From Anaeramoeba ignava BMAN (Eukaryota; Protista; Anaeramoebae): a stretch of 64,000 nucleotides of DNA. The stretch spans positions 248,001-312,000 of the forward strand of contig JAPDFW010000076.1 of assembly GCA_028826165.1 (NCBI GenBank), written 5' to 3'. This document shows, piece after piece, positions 40,801 to 53,318 of this stretch. Numbering within the stretch: the stretch's first letter is position 1; every line of letters begins with the position of its first letter. The notes beneath the pieces are model-generated. The model saw nothing but the letters and a program-made list of their open reading frames with translations. It ran no database searches and had not been told where the DNA came from. The position numbers and the translations under genes are program-made.

Positions 40801-42940
40801 AAAATTGATTTAAAATTGATTTAAAATTTATTATAAAATTGATTTAAAATTGATTTTAAATATTTGATTTAAATTGATTATAAAATTGATTATAAAATTG
40901 ATTTATAAAAATTGATATAAAATTGATTTTAAAATTGATTTAAAATTGATTATAAAATTTATTATAAAATTGATTATAAAAATTGATTTAAAATATTTGA
41001 TATAAAAATGATTTTTAAATATTTGATTTAAATTGATTTAAAATTGATATAAAATTGATTTAAAATTGATTTAAAATTGATTTTAAATATTTGATTTAAA
41101 TTGATTATAAAATTGATTATAAAAATGATTTTAAATATTTTATTTAAAAATGATTATAAAAATGATTTTAAAATTGATTTTAAATATTTTATTTAAAATT
41201 GATTATAAAATTTATTATAAAATTGATTTTAAATATTTGATTTAAAATTGATTATAAAATTGATTATAAAATTGATTTAAAATTGATTTAAAAATTAATA
41301 TAAAAATGATTTTTAAATATTTGATTTAAAATTGATTTAAAATTGATTATAAAATTGATATAAAATTGATTTAAAATTGATTTAAAAATTAATATAAAAT
41401 TAATATAAAATTTATTATAAAATTGATTATAAAATTGATTTAAAATTGATTATAAAATTGATTTAAAATTAATTATAAATATTTGATTTAAAATTGATTT
41501 AAAATTGATTTAAAATTGATTATAAAATTGATATAAAATTGATTTAAAATTGATTTAAAATTGATTTAAAATTTATTATAAAAATTATTTTAAATATTTG
41601 ATTTAAATTTGATTATAAAATTGATTATAAAATTGATTATAAAAATGATTTTAAATATTTGATTTAAATTGATTATAAAAATGATATAAAATTGATTTTA
41701 AATATTTGATTTTAAATATTTGATTTAAAATATTTGATTTAAAATATTTGATTTAAAATTGATTTAAAATTGATTTAAAATTTATTATAAAATTGATTTA
41801 AAATTGATTTAAAATTGATTTAAAATTGATTTAAAATTGATTTAAAATTGATTTAAAATTGATTTACATGCGCAATTTGAATTGAATGAGAAATATAATT
41901 AGCTCGAATTTTTGCATCTTCATTATTAAGAATAGATTGAATAACCCAAGATTGAATAGAATTAAAAACATAAAAACACTTATAAATATTTTCAGCTTCT
42001 TCTCTAATTAATATTTCCGAAACCCATTTTTGATGTAATAATTCTGGGATTTGAATTGAATTAAAAGCTAATGAAAAAAAGAGTGAAAGTTGTCTTGCAA
42101 ATTCTTCAGGATCAATATCTATCATCTTAATATTATGCAAATTTTCAGGTAAAATGCTTTTTGGTAATTGATCTAGATTAAATGCTGAATCATGAATAAA
42201 TGGATCTAATAGTTTTTTCTTTTTTAATTTGAATTGTTTTTAAAATTGTTAAAATATTATTCAATAAAAAAATCTATTTTCAAAATACATTTTTAGCAAG
42301 TAATTCATTGATAGAATTTGCTTCTTCTTGTGAAATTGATTTAATATGATCATTAACTAGTTTTTCTGTTTGTGTTAATAATGCTTTATTTGAAATAAAT
42401 GGTGTTGGATTTGTTTTAATCCAAGATTTAAGGAATTGAATAGCACTTTTTTTTTTAAATTTTAATTTTATAAATGAATTTTAATTTTAATTTTAAATAA
42501 ATTTTAAAATACTTTTTTCGAGTAGGAATTTGAACAGAATATTCAACAATTTCATTAAATTTTGAAGATTTTTCAGAATCAATTATAAAATTTGAAGTAA
42601 TTTTTTGTTCTAAAATTGAAAGTAATTCTTTAGCAGATAAAATTTTTTGGAAAGTATAAATAAAACTCTTAGCAATTCCATCATCAAAACGATTAGAAGA
42701 AGTTAAAAATTGAATAAGTTTTTCAAGTGTAATAAATTTAATTTTTAATAAACCAGTTTCATTATCAATTTCTTTGACAACTTCTTGTTGTGAATTTAAT
42801 TCTTTTTGCTCTTTTTTTATAATTAATTTATCAATTGATAATAAAGTATCAAGAAATAAAGAATTATTATTTGAATTATTATCAGAATTTAAAGAAATAT
42901 CATTTTCCAAATTTTCATTATTTTGCTGGTTATTTTGCAT
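37841..42940 (-). CDS. Ras guanine nucleotide exchange factor with two tandem REM+CDC25 modules (10 exons)
   Basis: Exons 42940-42513, 42445-42289, 42218-41868, 40660-40568, 40499-40376, 40299-40163, 40094-39914, 39768-39604, 39501-39339, 38837-37841 join in frame. Motifs DPEEFARQL/ELNNFYALFAIMSGL/PCIPFL and FLLTYRSF/DPLELARQV/ELNNFNSIQEVIAGL/PCIPYLGVYFTDL/INFEKRR. Confidence 0.88.
40670..41865 (-). repeat. Intronic 11-bp repeat (AAAATTGATTT)n in RasGEF
   Basis: Directly visible. Confidence 0.9.
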
Positions 42941-43110
42941 TTTAGTTTTATTTATTTAAATTTTTATTTTTTTTTTAATTGATTAAATTAATAAGAAAAA
43001 AGATTTGAAAAAAAAAAATGAAAAAAAAAAGGAGAAAAAATAATTTAAATTTTTTTTTAATTCATTTTTCTTCTTTTTTTCTTTTTTTCTTTTTCAATTT
43101 AAAAAAAAAA

Positions 43111-46100
43111 ATGTCTTATTATCGAAGATTTGATTTTTTCACTAAACAGGAACTAAAAATTCCAAAATATATCAGTGAAAAGATTCCCTTTTCTTGTGCA
43201 ACTTCAGGTTGTGGGAAAATTATTATAGGAGGTCTGTTATTTTTTGTTTTTTTGTTAATCAAAAATCTTCACATTTGAGAAAAATCCAACAAAAAATAAA
43301 CAAGAAAAAAATAAGAAAAAACAAAAACATGTGGAGAATTGACATAAAATAAAACTTTATCTATTTATTTTGCCAATAATATCCCAGATAAAAACGGCAC
43401 CATTTATATAATTAACCAACAATTTGATGTTGTTCATTCTTTTGAAGCTTTCCAAAAAGAAGTCATTTTAATGAAGCAATTAAAACAACGTAAAATGCTT
43501 GTTGCTATTGGCAGAAATGCTAGAAATAAAATTATCGTAAAGTTTTTTGATCTTGGTCATAAAGATTCAAAACGATTTTGTCAAAAAGAATTTAGTCTTG
43601 ATTTTACAAAAAAATCAGCAGGAAATGTAATTTAATTTTATAATTAATTTTATAAATAATTTTATATTTAATTTTATAAATAATTTTATAAATAATTTAA
43701 TTAATAATTTTATAAATAATTTTATAATTAATTTTATATTTAATTTTATATTTAATTTAATAAATAATTTTATAAATAATTTTATAAATAATTTTATAAA
43801 TAATTTTATAAATAATTTAATAAATAATTTTATAAATAATTTTATAAATAATTTTATAAATAAATTTTTAATTAATTTTTTTATAAATAATTTTATAAAT
43901 AATTTTAATAAATAATTTTATAAATAATTTTATATTTAATTTTATAAATAATTTAATAATTAATTTTATAAATAATTTTATAAATAATTTTATAATTAAT
44001 TTTATAAATAATTTTATAATTAATTTTATAAATAATTTTATAATTAATTTTATAAATAATTTTATATTTAATTTTATAAATAATTTTATATAAATAATTT
44101 AATTTTTTAATTTTATATATAATTTTATAATTAATTTTATAAATAATTTTATAAATAATTTTATAAATAATTTTATAAATAATTTTATAAAATAATTTTA
44201 TAATTAATTTTAATAAATAATTTTATATTTAATTTAATAAAATAATTTTATAAATAATTTAATAAATAATTTTTATAAATAATTTTATAAATAATTTTAT
44301 AATTAATTTTATAAATAATTTTATATTTAATTTTATATTTAATTTTATAAATAATTTTATAAATAATTTTATAATTAATTTTATATTTAATTTTATAAAT
44401 AATTTTATAAATAATTTTATAAATAATTTTATAAATAATTTTATAAATAATTTTATATTTAATTTAATAAATAATTTTATATTAAATTTTATAATTAATT
44501 TTATAAATAATTTTATAATTAATTTTAATAAATAATTTTATATTTAATTTAATAAATAATTTTATAAATAATTTAATAAATAATTTTATAAATAATTTTA
44601 TAATTAATTTTTATAAATAATTTTATAAATAATTTTATAAATAATTTTATAAATAATTTTATAAATAATTTTATTAAATAATTTTATATTTAATTTTTTA
44701 TTTTTTTTTAATATTTATTTTTATTTTAATTTTATAAAATAATTTAATAAATAATTTTAATAAATAATTTAATTTATAAATAATTTTATAAATAATTTTA
44801 TAAATAATTTAATAAATAATTTTATAAATAATTTTATAAATAATTTAATAATTTTATAAAAATTAATAATTTTATATTTAATTTTATAAAATAATTTTTA
44901 TAATTAATTTTTAATTTTATTAATTTTATAAATTAATTTTTATATAAATAATTTTATAAATAATTTTATAATTAATTTTATATTTAATTTTATAAAATAA
45001 TTTTATATATAATTTTATATTTAATTTTAATATTTAATTTTATAAATAATTTTATAATTAATTTTATAATTAATTTTATATTTAATTTTATAAATAATTT
45101 TATAAATAATTTTATAATTAATTTTATATTTAATTTTATAAATAATTTTATAAATAATTTTATAAATAATTTGTTTAATAAAGATTACTTGTATGGATTG
45201 TCATGAAAATTTAAAACAAATGGTAATTGGATTTAATGATGGAAGATTAATTTGGATAACAAGTAATGCTTTATTAACCAGTAAAAGTATTAGTCAAAAA
45301 CTTCGGAGATCACCAGATCAAGGTTCAATAACTGGTAAATATAAATCAAATTAATCTCCAAAAATGATTTAAAAATTATTTTAAAAAATTATTTTAAAAA
45401 ATTATCAGGAATTCATTTTCATCCAGAAAAAGTTGATTTAGTTTTTGTTGTTGAAGATAGAGCTCTTTTTTATTTTTCTCCTTATCCAAAAAAAGATCAA
45501 GAAGAATGGCAATATTTAAGTGAAATTCATGGAGCTGAAGTTAATTGTTCAAATGTTATTGAAGTTTTCTTACATAAAGAACAAACAACATCTCATCATT
45601 TAATAATTGGTCGTGATGAAGTACTTTAACAATTTAATTCAAATTTAAATTCAAATTAAATTTAAAAATGAAATTCAAATTTAAAATGAAATTCAAATTT
45701 TTAAATTAAAAAATTTAAAATTTTAAATTTAAATTCAAAATTAAAAAAATTAAAATTGAAATTTAAATTTAAATCAAAATTTAAAAATGAAATTAAATTC
45801 AAAATTCAAAATTTAAAATGAAATTCAAAATTAAAATTCAAATTCAAAATTTAAAATTTAAAATGAAATTAAATTCAAAAATTTAAAAATGAAATTCAAA
45901 AATTTAAATTAAAATTCAAAATTCAAAATTAAAATTCAAAAATGAAATTAAATTAAAAAATTCAAATTCGAAAAATTTAAAATGAAAATTAAATTCAAAA
46001 TTCAAATTCAAAATTCAAAAATGAAATTAAATTCAAAAATGGAAAATTCAAAATGGGGAAAATTTAAAATGAAATTTAAATCAAAATTTAAATTCAAAAA

Positions 46101-49100
46101 TCAAAAATTAAAGTTTTAAAATGAATTTAAATTTAAAATTCAAATTCAAAATTCAATTCAAAAATTCAAAAATGAAATTAAATTAAAATTCAAATTTAAT
46201 AAAAGGTGTTTAATAAATTATTACAAAAACAAGATCGTGGAACATTTTTCAAATATTATTATTGGCATTTAAAAATCTAAAATTTCAATAAAATTTTCAA
46301 TAAAATATTTAATAAAAATATTCAATAGAAGATGAAGAAAAATCAATAAAAATCAATAAAATTTTATAAAATGTTAATAAAAATTCAATAAAATATTTAA
46401 TTAAAATATTCAATAAAATATGGATATTATTCAATAAAAGAATGGGGATTTATTTTAATAAAAGGATTTTTAATGTAAAATTTTTAAAATTCAAAAATCA
46501 AAGTGTTTTAAGTTTTTAACATTTTAAAAAAATCCAAAATATATATAATAGAATATTTTTTCCTTTTAAAATTTATTTTAAAAATTAAAAACAAATATTA
46601 AAAATTAGAATAAAAAAAATACAAATATTTAATAAAAAATTGGATATTTTATACAAAAATATAATAAAATATCATCAATAAAATATTTAATAAAAATTTA
46701 ATAAAAAAATCTTCTTACATTCTGAGGAAAGTGTTATAATAAAAAATTTTTAAAAATATAAAGATCCCCTAAATAAAATATTCATTTAAAATATTCAATA
46801 AAAATATTCAATAAAATATTCAATAAAATATTCAATAAAATATTTAATAAAATATTTAATAAAAATATTTAATAAAATATTTAATAAAATATATAATAAA
46901 ATATTCAATAAAATATTCAATAAAATATATAATAAAATATATAATAAAATATTCAATAAAATATATAATAAAATATTCAATAAAATATTCAATAAAATAT
47001 TTAATAAAATATTCAATAAAATATTCAATAAAATATTCAATAAAATATTCAATAAAATATTCAATAAAATATTCAATAAAATATTCAATAAAATATTCAA
47101 TAAAATATTTAATAAAATATTCAATAAAATATTCAATAAAAATTAGTAAAAGAGATTATGAAGCTGCTATTAAGCAATATGTTGAAACTATTGGAATTGG
47201 AGTTGAACCATCTTATGTTATTCAAAAGTTTTTGGATAATATAAAAAAATTACAACATTTAACACTATATTTAAGAAAACTTCATCAAAAAGGATTAGCA
47301 CACAATGAACATACAATATTACTTTTAAATTGTTATTCAAAATTAAACTTAAATGACGAATTAAAAAGCTTTATTGAAGTATAAAAATCAATTTAAATTC
47401 AATTAAATTTAATTCAATATTTAATTCAATATTTAATTTTAATTCAATATTTAATTAAAAAAGGAACAAAAAAGTGGAAAATCTAAATTTGATACTGAAA
47501 CTGCAATTATAGCTTTACGTTCAGTAAAAGAATTTGAATTAGCTTCTAAATTAGCAAGAGAAGAATTTAATGATCTTTACTTAGAGATTGAAATTAATGA
47601 TTGTAAAAAGTATAAAGAAGCTTTAGAATTTATTAAACACGAACTTTCTTTTGAGCAGGTTAATTTAATTTTATTCAGCAATTAAAATTAAAATTAAAAT
47701 TTAAAATTTTCAAAATTCAAAATTATAATTCATAATTAAAGGCTTTTGATGCATTTTTGCAAAATGGATTAACACTTGTGACTAATGAACCAGAAATTAC
47801 AACAGATTCTATTATTTATTTATTGTTTGAAAAAAAAAAAGAATATGACAAAAAAATGGAATTTGAAAAAAAGAAGAAAGAAGAAAAAGAAAAAGAAAAA
47901 GAAAAAGAAGAAAAAAAACCACAAGAAAACGAAATTCAATTTAACTCATTATTATCTACTGAGGAAATGGAAAGGAGTTCACTTTTGGAATTGGTAAAAA
48001 ATCAATTCAAAATAAAAATATTTAAATTCAAAATAAATATTAAATTCAAAATAATTAAATTCAAAATATTTAAATTCAAAATAAATATTTTAATTCAAAA
48101 TAATAAATTCAAAATATTTAAATTCAAAATAAAAATATTTAAATTCAAAATATTTAAATTCAAAATATTTAAATTCAATAAAAATATTTTAATTCAATTC
48201 AAAATAAATATTTTAATTCAATTCAAAATAAATATTTTAATTCAATTCAAAATAAATATTTTAATTCAATTCAAAATAAAAATAATTAATTCAAAATATT
48301 TAATTCAAAATATTTAAATTCAAAATAAATATTTTAATTCAATTCAAAATAAATATTTTAATTCAAAATAAATATTTAAAATAAAAATATTTAAAATAAA
48401 AATATTTTAATTCAAAATATTTAAATTCAAAATAAATATTTTAATTCAATTCAAAATAATAAATTCAAAATATTTAAATTCAGGCAAGAAAACCTGTAAA
48501 AGTTCAAGAAGAAAAAAAAGATGAAGAAATTTCCGAAAGAGTTCTTCAATTCATTCACTTATTTATCGAAAAACCAAATCATTTGATTATTTTTTTAGAA
48601 AAAGTGATAAAAATAAAACAAAACGTAACAGCACCAATTTACAACACACTACTTGAATTATATTTAACATCAGAATCAGAAAAAAAAGAAACAGAAAGAT
48701 CTTATCAAAAAGTATTCACTTTATTGAAGAACTGTTCACAACATTATGATCATTATCATGCATTAGTTTTAGTTCAAATGTATGAATTCACAAAAGGAGT
48801 GAAATTTCTTTACAAATTATTGAATTTATTTGCAGAAATCATACAGAATTATATTGTGGAGAAAAAATATGAAAAAATCATCAAATTGTGTATCACTCAT
48901 GGAGAAAAGGATGAAAACGTGTGGCTTCAAGCTCTTAATGCATTGACAATGAGTAAAGATGATTGCACAAAATACATCATTCAACTTTTGGACGAAATCC
49001 AAAATCGAAGACTTCTTCAACCACTAACAGTGATTCAAGTATTGAAGCAAAACCCAAAAACAAAGCTTCTTTTGGTCAAAAGATATTTATTTGAATGTTT

Positions 49101-49500
49101 GAAAAAGGATCATGAACAGAACCAAAAAGATTATGAATTCATCAAAAAAACAACAAAAGAAACTGAGCAATTAAAAAAAGAATTTACAAAATTCAAATCA
49201 CAAGCAACTATTTTCCAGCAAAGTAAATGTGCAGAATGTCAGGATATTCTTGATAATCCAAGCGTGCATTTTCTTTGTGGTCATTCTTTCCATCTTGGTT
49301 GTTTGACTTTATCTGATGAGGAATGTCCCTTTTGTTCTACTCAATATAAGGATTTATCAAAATATAAGGAAAGTGTTCAACATCAAAGTGGTGAAGAATT
49401 AGAAGAAAAACTTTCTCAACAAGATGAAGGATTTGAAATTGTTTCTCAATATTTTGGCAAAAGTTTATTTGAGAATTTTACTCCAAGAAGAAGAAAATAA
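43111..49500 (+). CDS. VPS11: Vacuolar protein sorting 11 (HOPS/CORVET core); middle exons not recoverable
   Basis: MSYYRRFDFF start. Exons 43111-43231, 43388-43626, 45184-45334, 45409-45620, [gap], from 47147 (KRDYEAAIKQYVETIGIGVEPSYVIQKFL), ~47464, ~47742, and ~48485-49500 with C-terminal RING FQQSKCAECQDILDNPSVHFLCGHSFHLGC...CPFC. Confidence 0.9.
43630..45175 (+). repeat. Intronic 12-bp repeat (ATAAATAATTTT)n in VPS11
   Basis: Directly visible, virtually pure A/T. Confidence 0.9.
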
Positions 49501-49975
49501 TTCAAATCCAATTTTTAATTCAAATCCAAATTCAAAATTAAATCCAATTCAAAATTAAATTCAAATTCAAATTCAAATTCAAATTCAAATTCAAATCCAA
49601 ATTCAAATTCAAATTCAAATTCAAATTCAAATTCAATTCAAATTTAAATTCAATTCAAATCTAAATTAAATTCAAATCCAAATTCAATTTCAAATTCAAA
49701 ATTAAATTAAATTCAAATTCAATTTAAATTCAAATTCAATTCAATTCAATTTAAATTAAATTCAAATTCAATTTAAATTCAATTTAAATTAAATTCAAAT
49801 TCAATTTAAATTCAATTCAATTAAATTCAAATTCAATTCAATTCAAAATTAAATTCAAATTCAAATTCAAAATTAAATTAAAATTCAATTCAATTTAAAT
49901 TAAATTCAAATTAAAATTCAAATTCAATTAAATTCAATTCAATTCATTTAAATTCAAATTCAATTTTTAATTAAA
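49501..49975. repeat. (AAATTC)n microsatellite between convergent genes
   Basis: Directly visible. Confidence 0.85.
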
Positions 49976-50028
49976 TAAAGTTCAAAAAACTTTTATTTCC
50001 TTTTGAAAAAAAAAAATCTTTTTTAAAA

Positions 50029-53000
50029 TTATTTGAACATATAATTAAAATGTCCATAAGATTTTGGAATAATTTGTTGTTCAGAACTAATTTTTAGTGA
50101 ATAAGTATTTTGATCAAAATTTTCAAATAAAAATTCAAATCTATCATTATTTGTAAGTGATTTTTGAATAATTTCTCTTGTTTCATAATTGACATATTTT
50201 AAGAGAAAGAAAATGAACTCTTTTTGATCAAATGATGAGTCTTTAATTATTGGTTCAAAAACCTTTGAAATGATTAATTTAAGGATATTTTTCTAAATAA
50301 AATTTAAAATAAATTTTTTTTTAAAATTAAAATTTAAATTGAAAATCTTTTTTTTTGGAAAATAAACTTTTTTCTTTAATTTCATTTCAGTTTTAATTGA
50401 TTTGCAAATTTCAAATCCTGCTAAATTTAATTGTTCATCAATATTTTCTGGAAAATAAATTTTAATTGGAGGAGAAAATTGATATAAAAAAGAAAGAACA
50501 AAATTGATTCTTTGATCATAAGGAATAATTAAATCTTTTCTTAAATCTTTTGCACGAAATTGTTCTTTAGAAATTCCAATAACAGAACGAATTGCATTTT
50601 CTTTTTTTACGGAAATAATTTTAAATTTTAATTAAATTAAATTTTAAATTAAATTAAATTAAATTAAATTGAAAATAAATTTTAAATTAAATTTTAAATT
50701 AAAATCGGAAATAAAATTAAATTAAATTAAATTAAATTAAATTAAATTAAATTAAATTAAATTAAATTAAATTAATACTCCTTAAAATTCCAAAATTAAT
50801 ATCTTCTAAATTAAATCGAAAACCTCCAATTTCATATTTATATAAAGTAAATAATTGTTTATTCATAACTGGAGGTTCATAAAGTAAAGTAATATGAAGC
50901 ATTAAAAGATGAAAAATATTAAGAAAAAATGCTTTCATTTGATCATAATTAATATCTGAAATATAAACCTATATTTAAATTTAAACCCAAAATGTTTTTT
51001 TTTTAATTTTTTTTTAAATTTTTTTTTGTTCCACTTTTTTTTTGCTTTTTTTTTTCTTAAATTACTTTTTTTAATTCACTTGTTGCTAATGAAAATCTCC
51101 TAAAATTAACAGATGAAGAACAAAATTCTAAATCTAATATCTAATTAAATTTATAAAGAAAAAAGAAAAAAGAAAGTGAAATTTTTTTTTTGGTTTAATT
51201 AAGTGTTTTTTTTTTTATTTACATTTTTTGATGAAATTGAATCACGAATAATATCTAAAATAAATTGTAAAAGATTTGCAGAAACAACAACAGGTTCTCT
51301 TGCTAATCCTTTCCATTCACGAAAATTCAAAACTGAACGATCTTGAGGTAAATTATTTTGAATTAAAACCTTGTTTTGAATTTGATTTTGATTTTGATTT
51401 TGATTTTGATTTTGAATTTAATTTTGATTTTAATTTTGATTTTGATTTTGATTTTAATTTTGATTTTGATTTTAATTTTAATTTTTTAATTTTAATTTTA
51501 ATTTTGATTTTGATTTTGATTTTGATTTTGATTTTGATTTTAATTTTGATTTTGATTTTGATTTAGATTTTGATTTTAATTTTCATTTTAATTTTAATTT
51601 TGATTTTGATTTTGATTTTGATTTTGATTTTAATTTTAATTTTGATTTTAATTTTAATTTTGATTTTGATTTTGATTTTGATTTTGATTTTGATTTTGAT
51701 TTTTATTTTAATTTTAATTTTGATTTTGAATTTTAATTTTAATTTTGATTTTGATTTTGATTTTGATTTTAATTTTGATTTTGATTTTGATTTTGATTTT
51801 TTTGATTTTGATTTTGATTTTAATTTTAATTTTGATTTTGATTTTGATTTTGATTTTTGATTTTTGATTTGATTTAGATTTTAATTTTTTTTGATTTTGA
51901 TTTTGATTTTGATTTTAATTTTGATTTTGATTTTGATTTTAATTTTAATTTTAATTTTAATATTGATTTTGATTTTGATTTTGATTTTGATTTTGATTTT
52001 GATTTTAATTTTGATTTTGATTTTGATTTTGATTTTGATTTTGATTTTAATTTTGATTTTGATTTTGATTTTGATTTTGATTTTGATTTTAATTTTGATT
52101 TTAATTTTGATTTTAATTTTGATTTTAATTTTGATTTTCATTTTAATTTTGATTTTGATTTTGATTTTGATTTTTAATTTTGATTTTGATTTTGATTTTG
52201 ATTTTGATTTTGATTTTAATTTTGATTTTGATTTTAATTTTGAATTTTGATTTTGATTTTAATTTTGATTTTAATTTTGATTTTGATTTTGATTTTGATT
52301 TTAATTTTGATTTTGATTTTAATTTTGAATTTTGATTTTGATTTTAATTTTGATTTTAATTTTGATTTTGATTTTGATTTTGATTTTAATTTTGATTTTG
52401 ATTTTGATTTTGATTTTGATTTTGATTTTGATTTTTATTTTCATTTTGATTGTTTTTTTTCTTTTACTTCTCGATAAATAATTTCCTCTTTTTTTTGTTT
52501 AAATTCAGGAGATTCTTTCCAAAATTTACTTTTAATTAAATTGGGATAAATACTTTCTGAAAATAATGATAATAAATGCTAAATGAAAATAAAAGAAAAA
52601 ATTTGAAAAATAATTTTCAGTTTTTTTTTCAATTAAAATTTTAAAAGAAAAAATTAAATACAAAAAGAGCTTTATCAAAAACATCAAATGTAACAAATTC
52701 CGATTTATTAATGATTTCTTTTGAGGATTTTCTATTCATTTTAATACTTTTTGGGGAATTAATTTGAATATAATTGTTCAAAATTTTTTGAGCAAATTTT
52801 GAAATTTGAAATTCTTTTTCATGATTTTTTGAATCAATATTTTTTTCTTCCACAAAATTGAAACTAGAAATATTTTGAGCAACAAACCAAGTTTTATATT
52901 TTAAAATCTAAATAAGATTTTTGGATTTGAAATAATTTAAGAAATGGATAAAATTTTTTGAATTAAATTAAATTAAATTAAATTATATTTTTTTACATCA

Positions 53001-53176
53001 AGAAAACATTCTATTAAATTTATTTGTTCATTTGATAAACAAAATTGATAAAGAAAATTAAATTGTGATTTGTCTGTAATTAAATTATAAATTTCTGGAC
53101 TTGAATAACTACGTAAACTATCAAAAATTTTTGCTTCTTTTGCTAATTCAATGATTTTTTCAATTTCATTATTCAT
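50029..53176 (-). CDS. RGS domain + DUF547 domain protein (multi-exon)
   Basis: N-terminal RGS-like part (FNFLYQFCLSNEQINLIECFLD...AQKILNNYIQINSPKSI...DVFDKA) splices in frame to DUF547 motifs: LNFREWKGLAREPVVVS, KAFFLNIFHLLMLH, YEIGGFRFNLEDINFGILR, DQRINFVL...SPPIKIYFPENIDEQL. Stop TAA 50031-50029. Confidence 0.8.
51375..52445 (-). repeat. Intronic hexamer microsatellite (ATTTTG/ATTTTA on +)
   Basis: Directly visible; source of the IL/DF/KI ORFs. Confidence 0.9.
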
Positions 53177-53318
53177 TATTAAACAAAAAAAAAAAGAAGA
53201 AAAATAATTGAAATTAAAATTTAAAAAAATGATTTTTTCATTTTCATTTTTTTTTTTTGAAAATATTTTTTTTCTTTTTTAATTTATAAAGAAATTAAAA
53301 AGATTTGCTTAATTTTTT

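Noticed and set aside
51276-52477. IL/DF/KI repeat ORFs
   Set aside because: Intronic (ATTTTG)n microsatellite.
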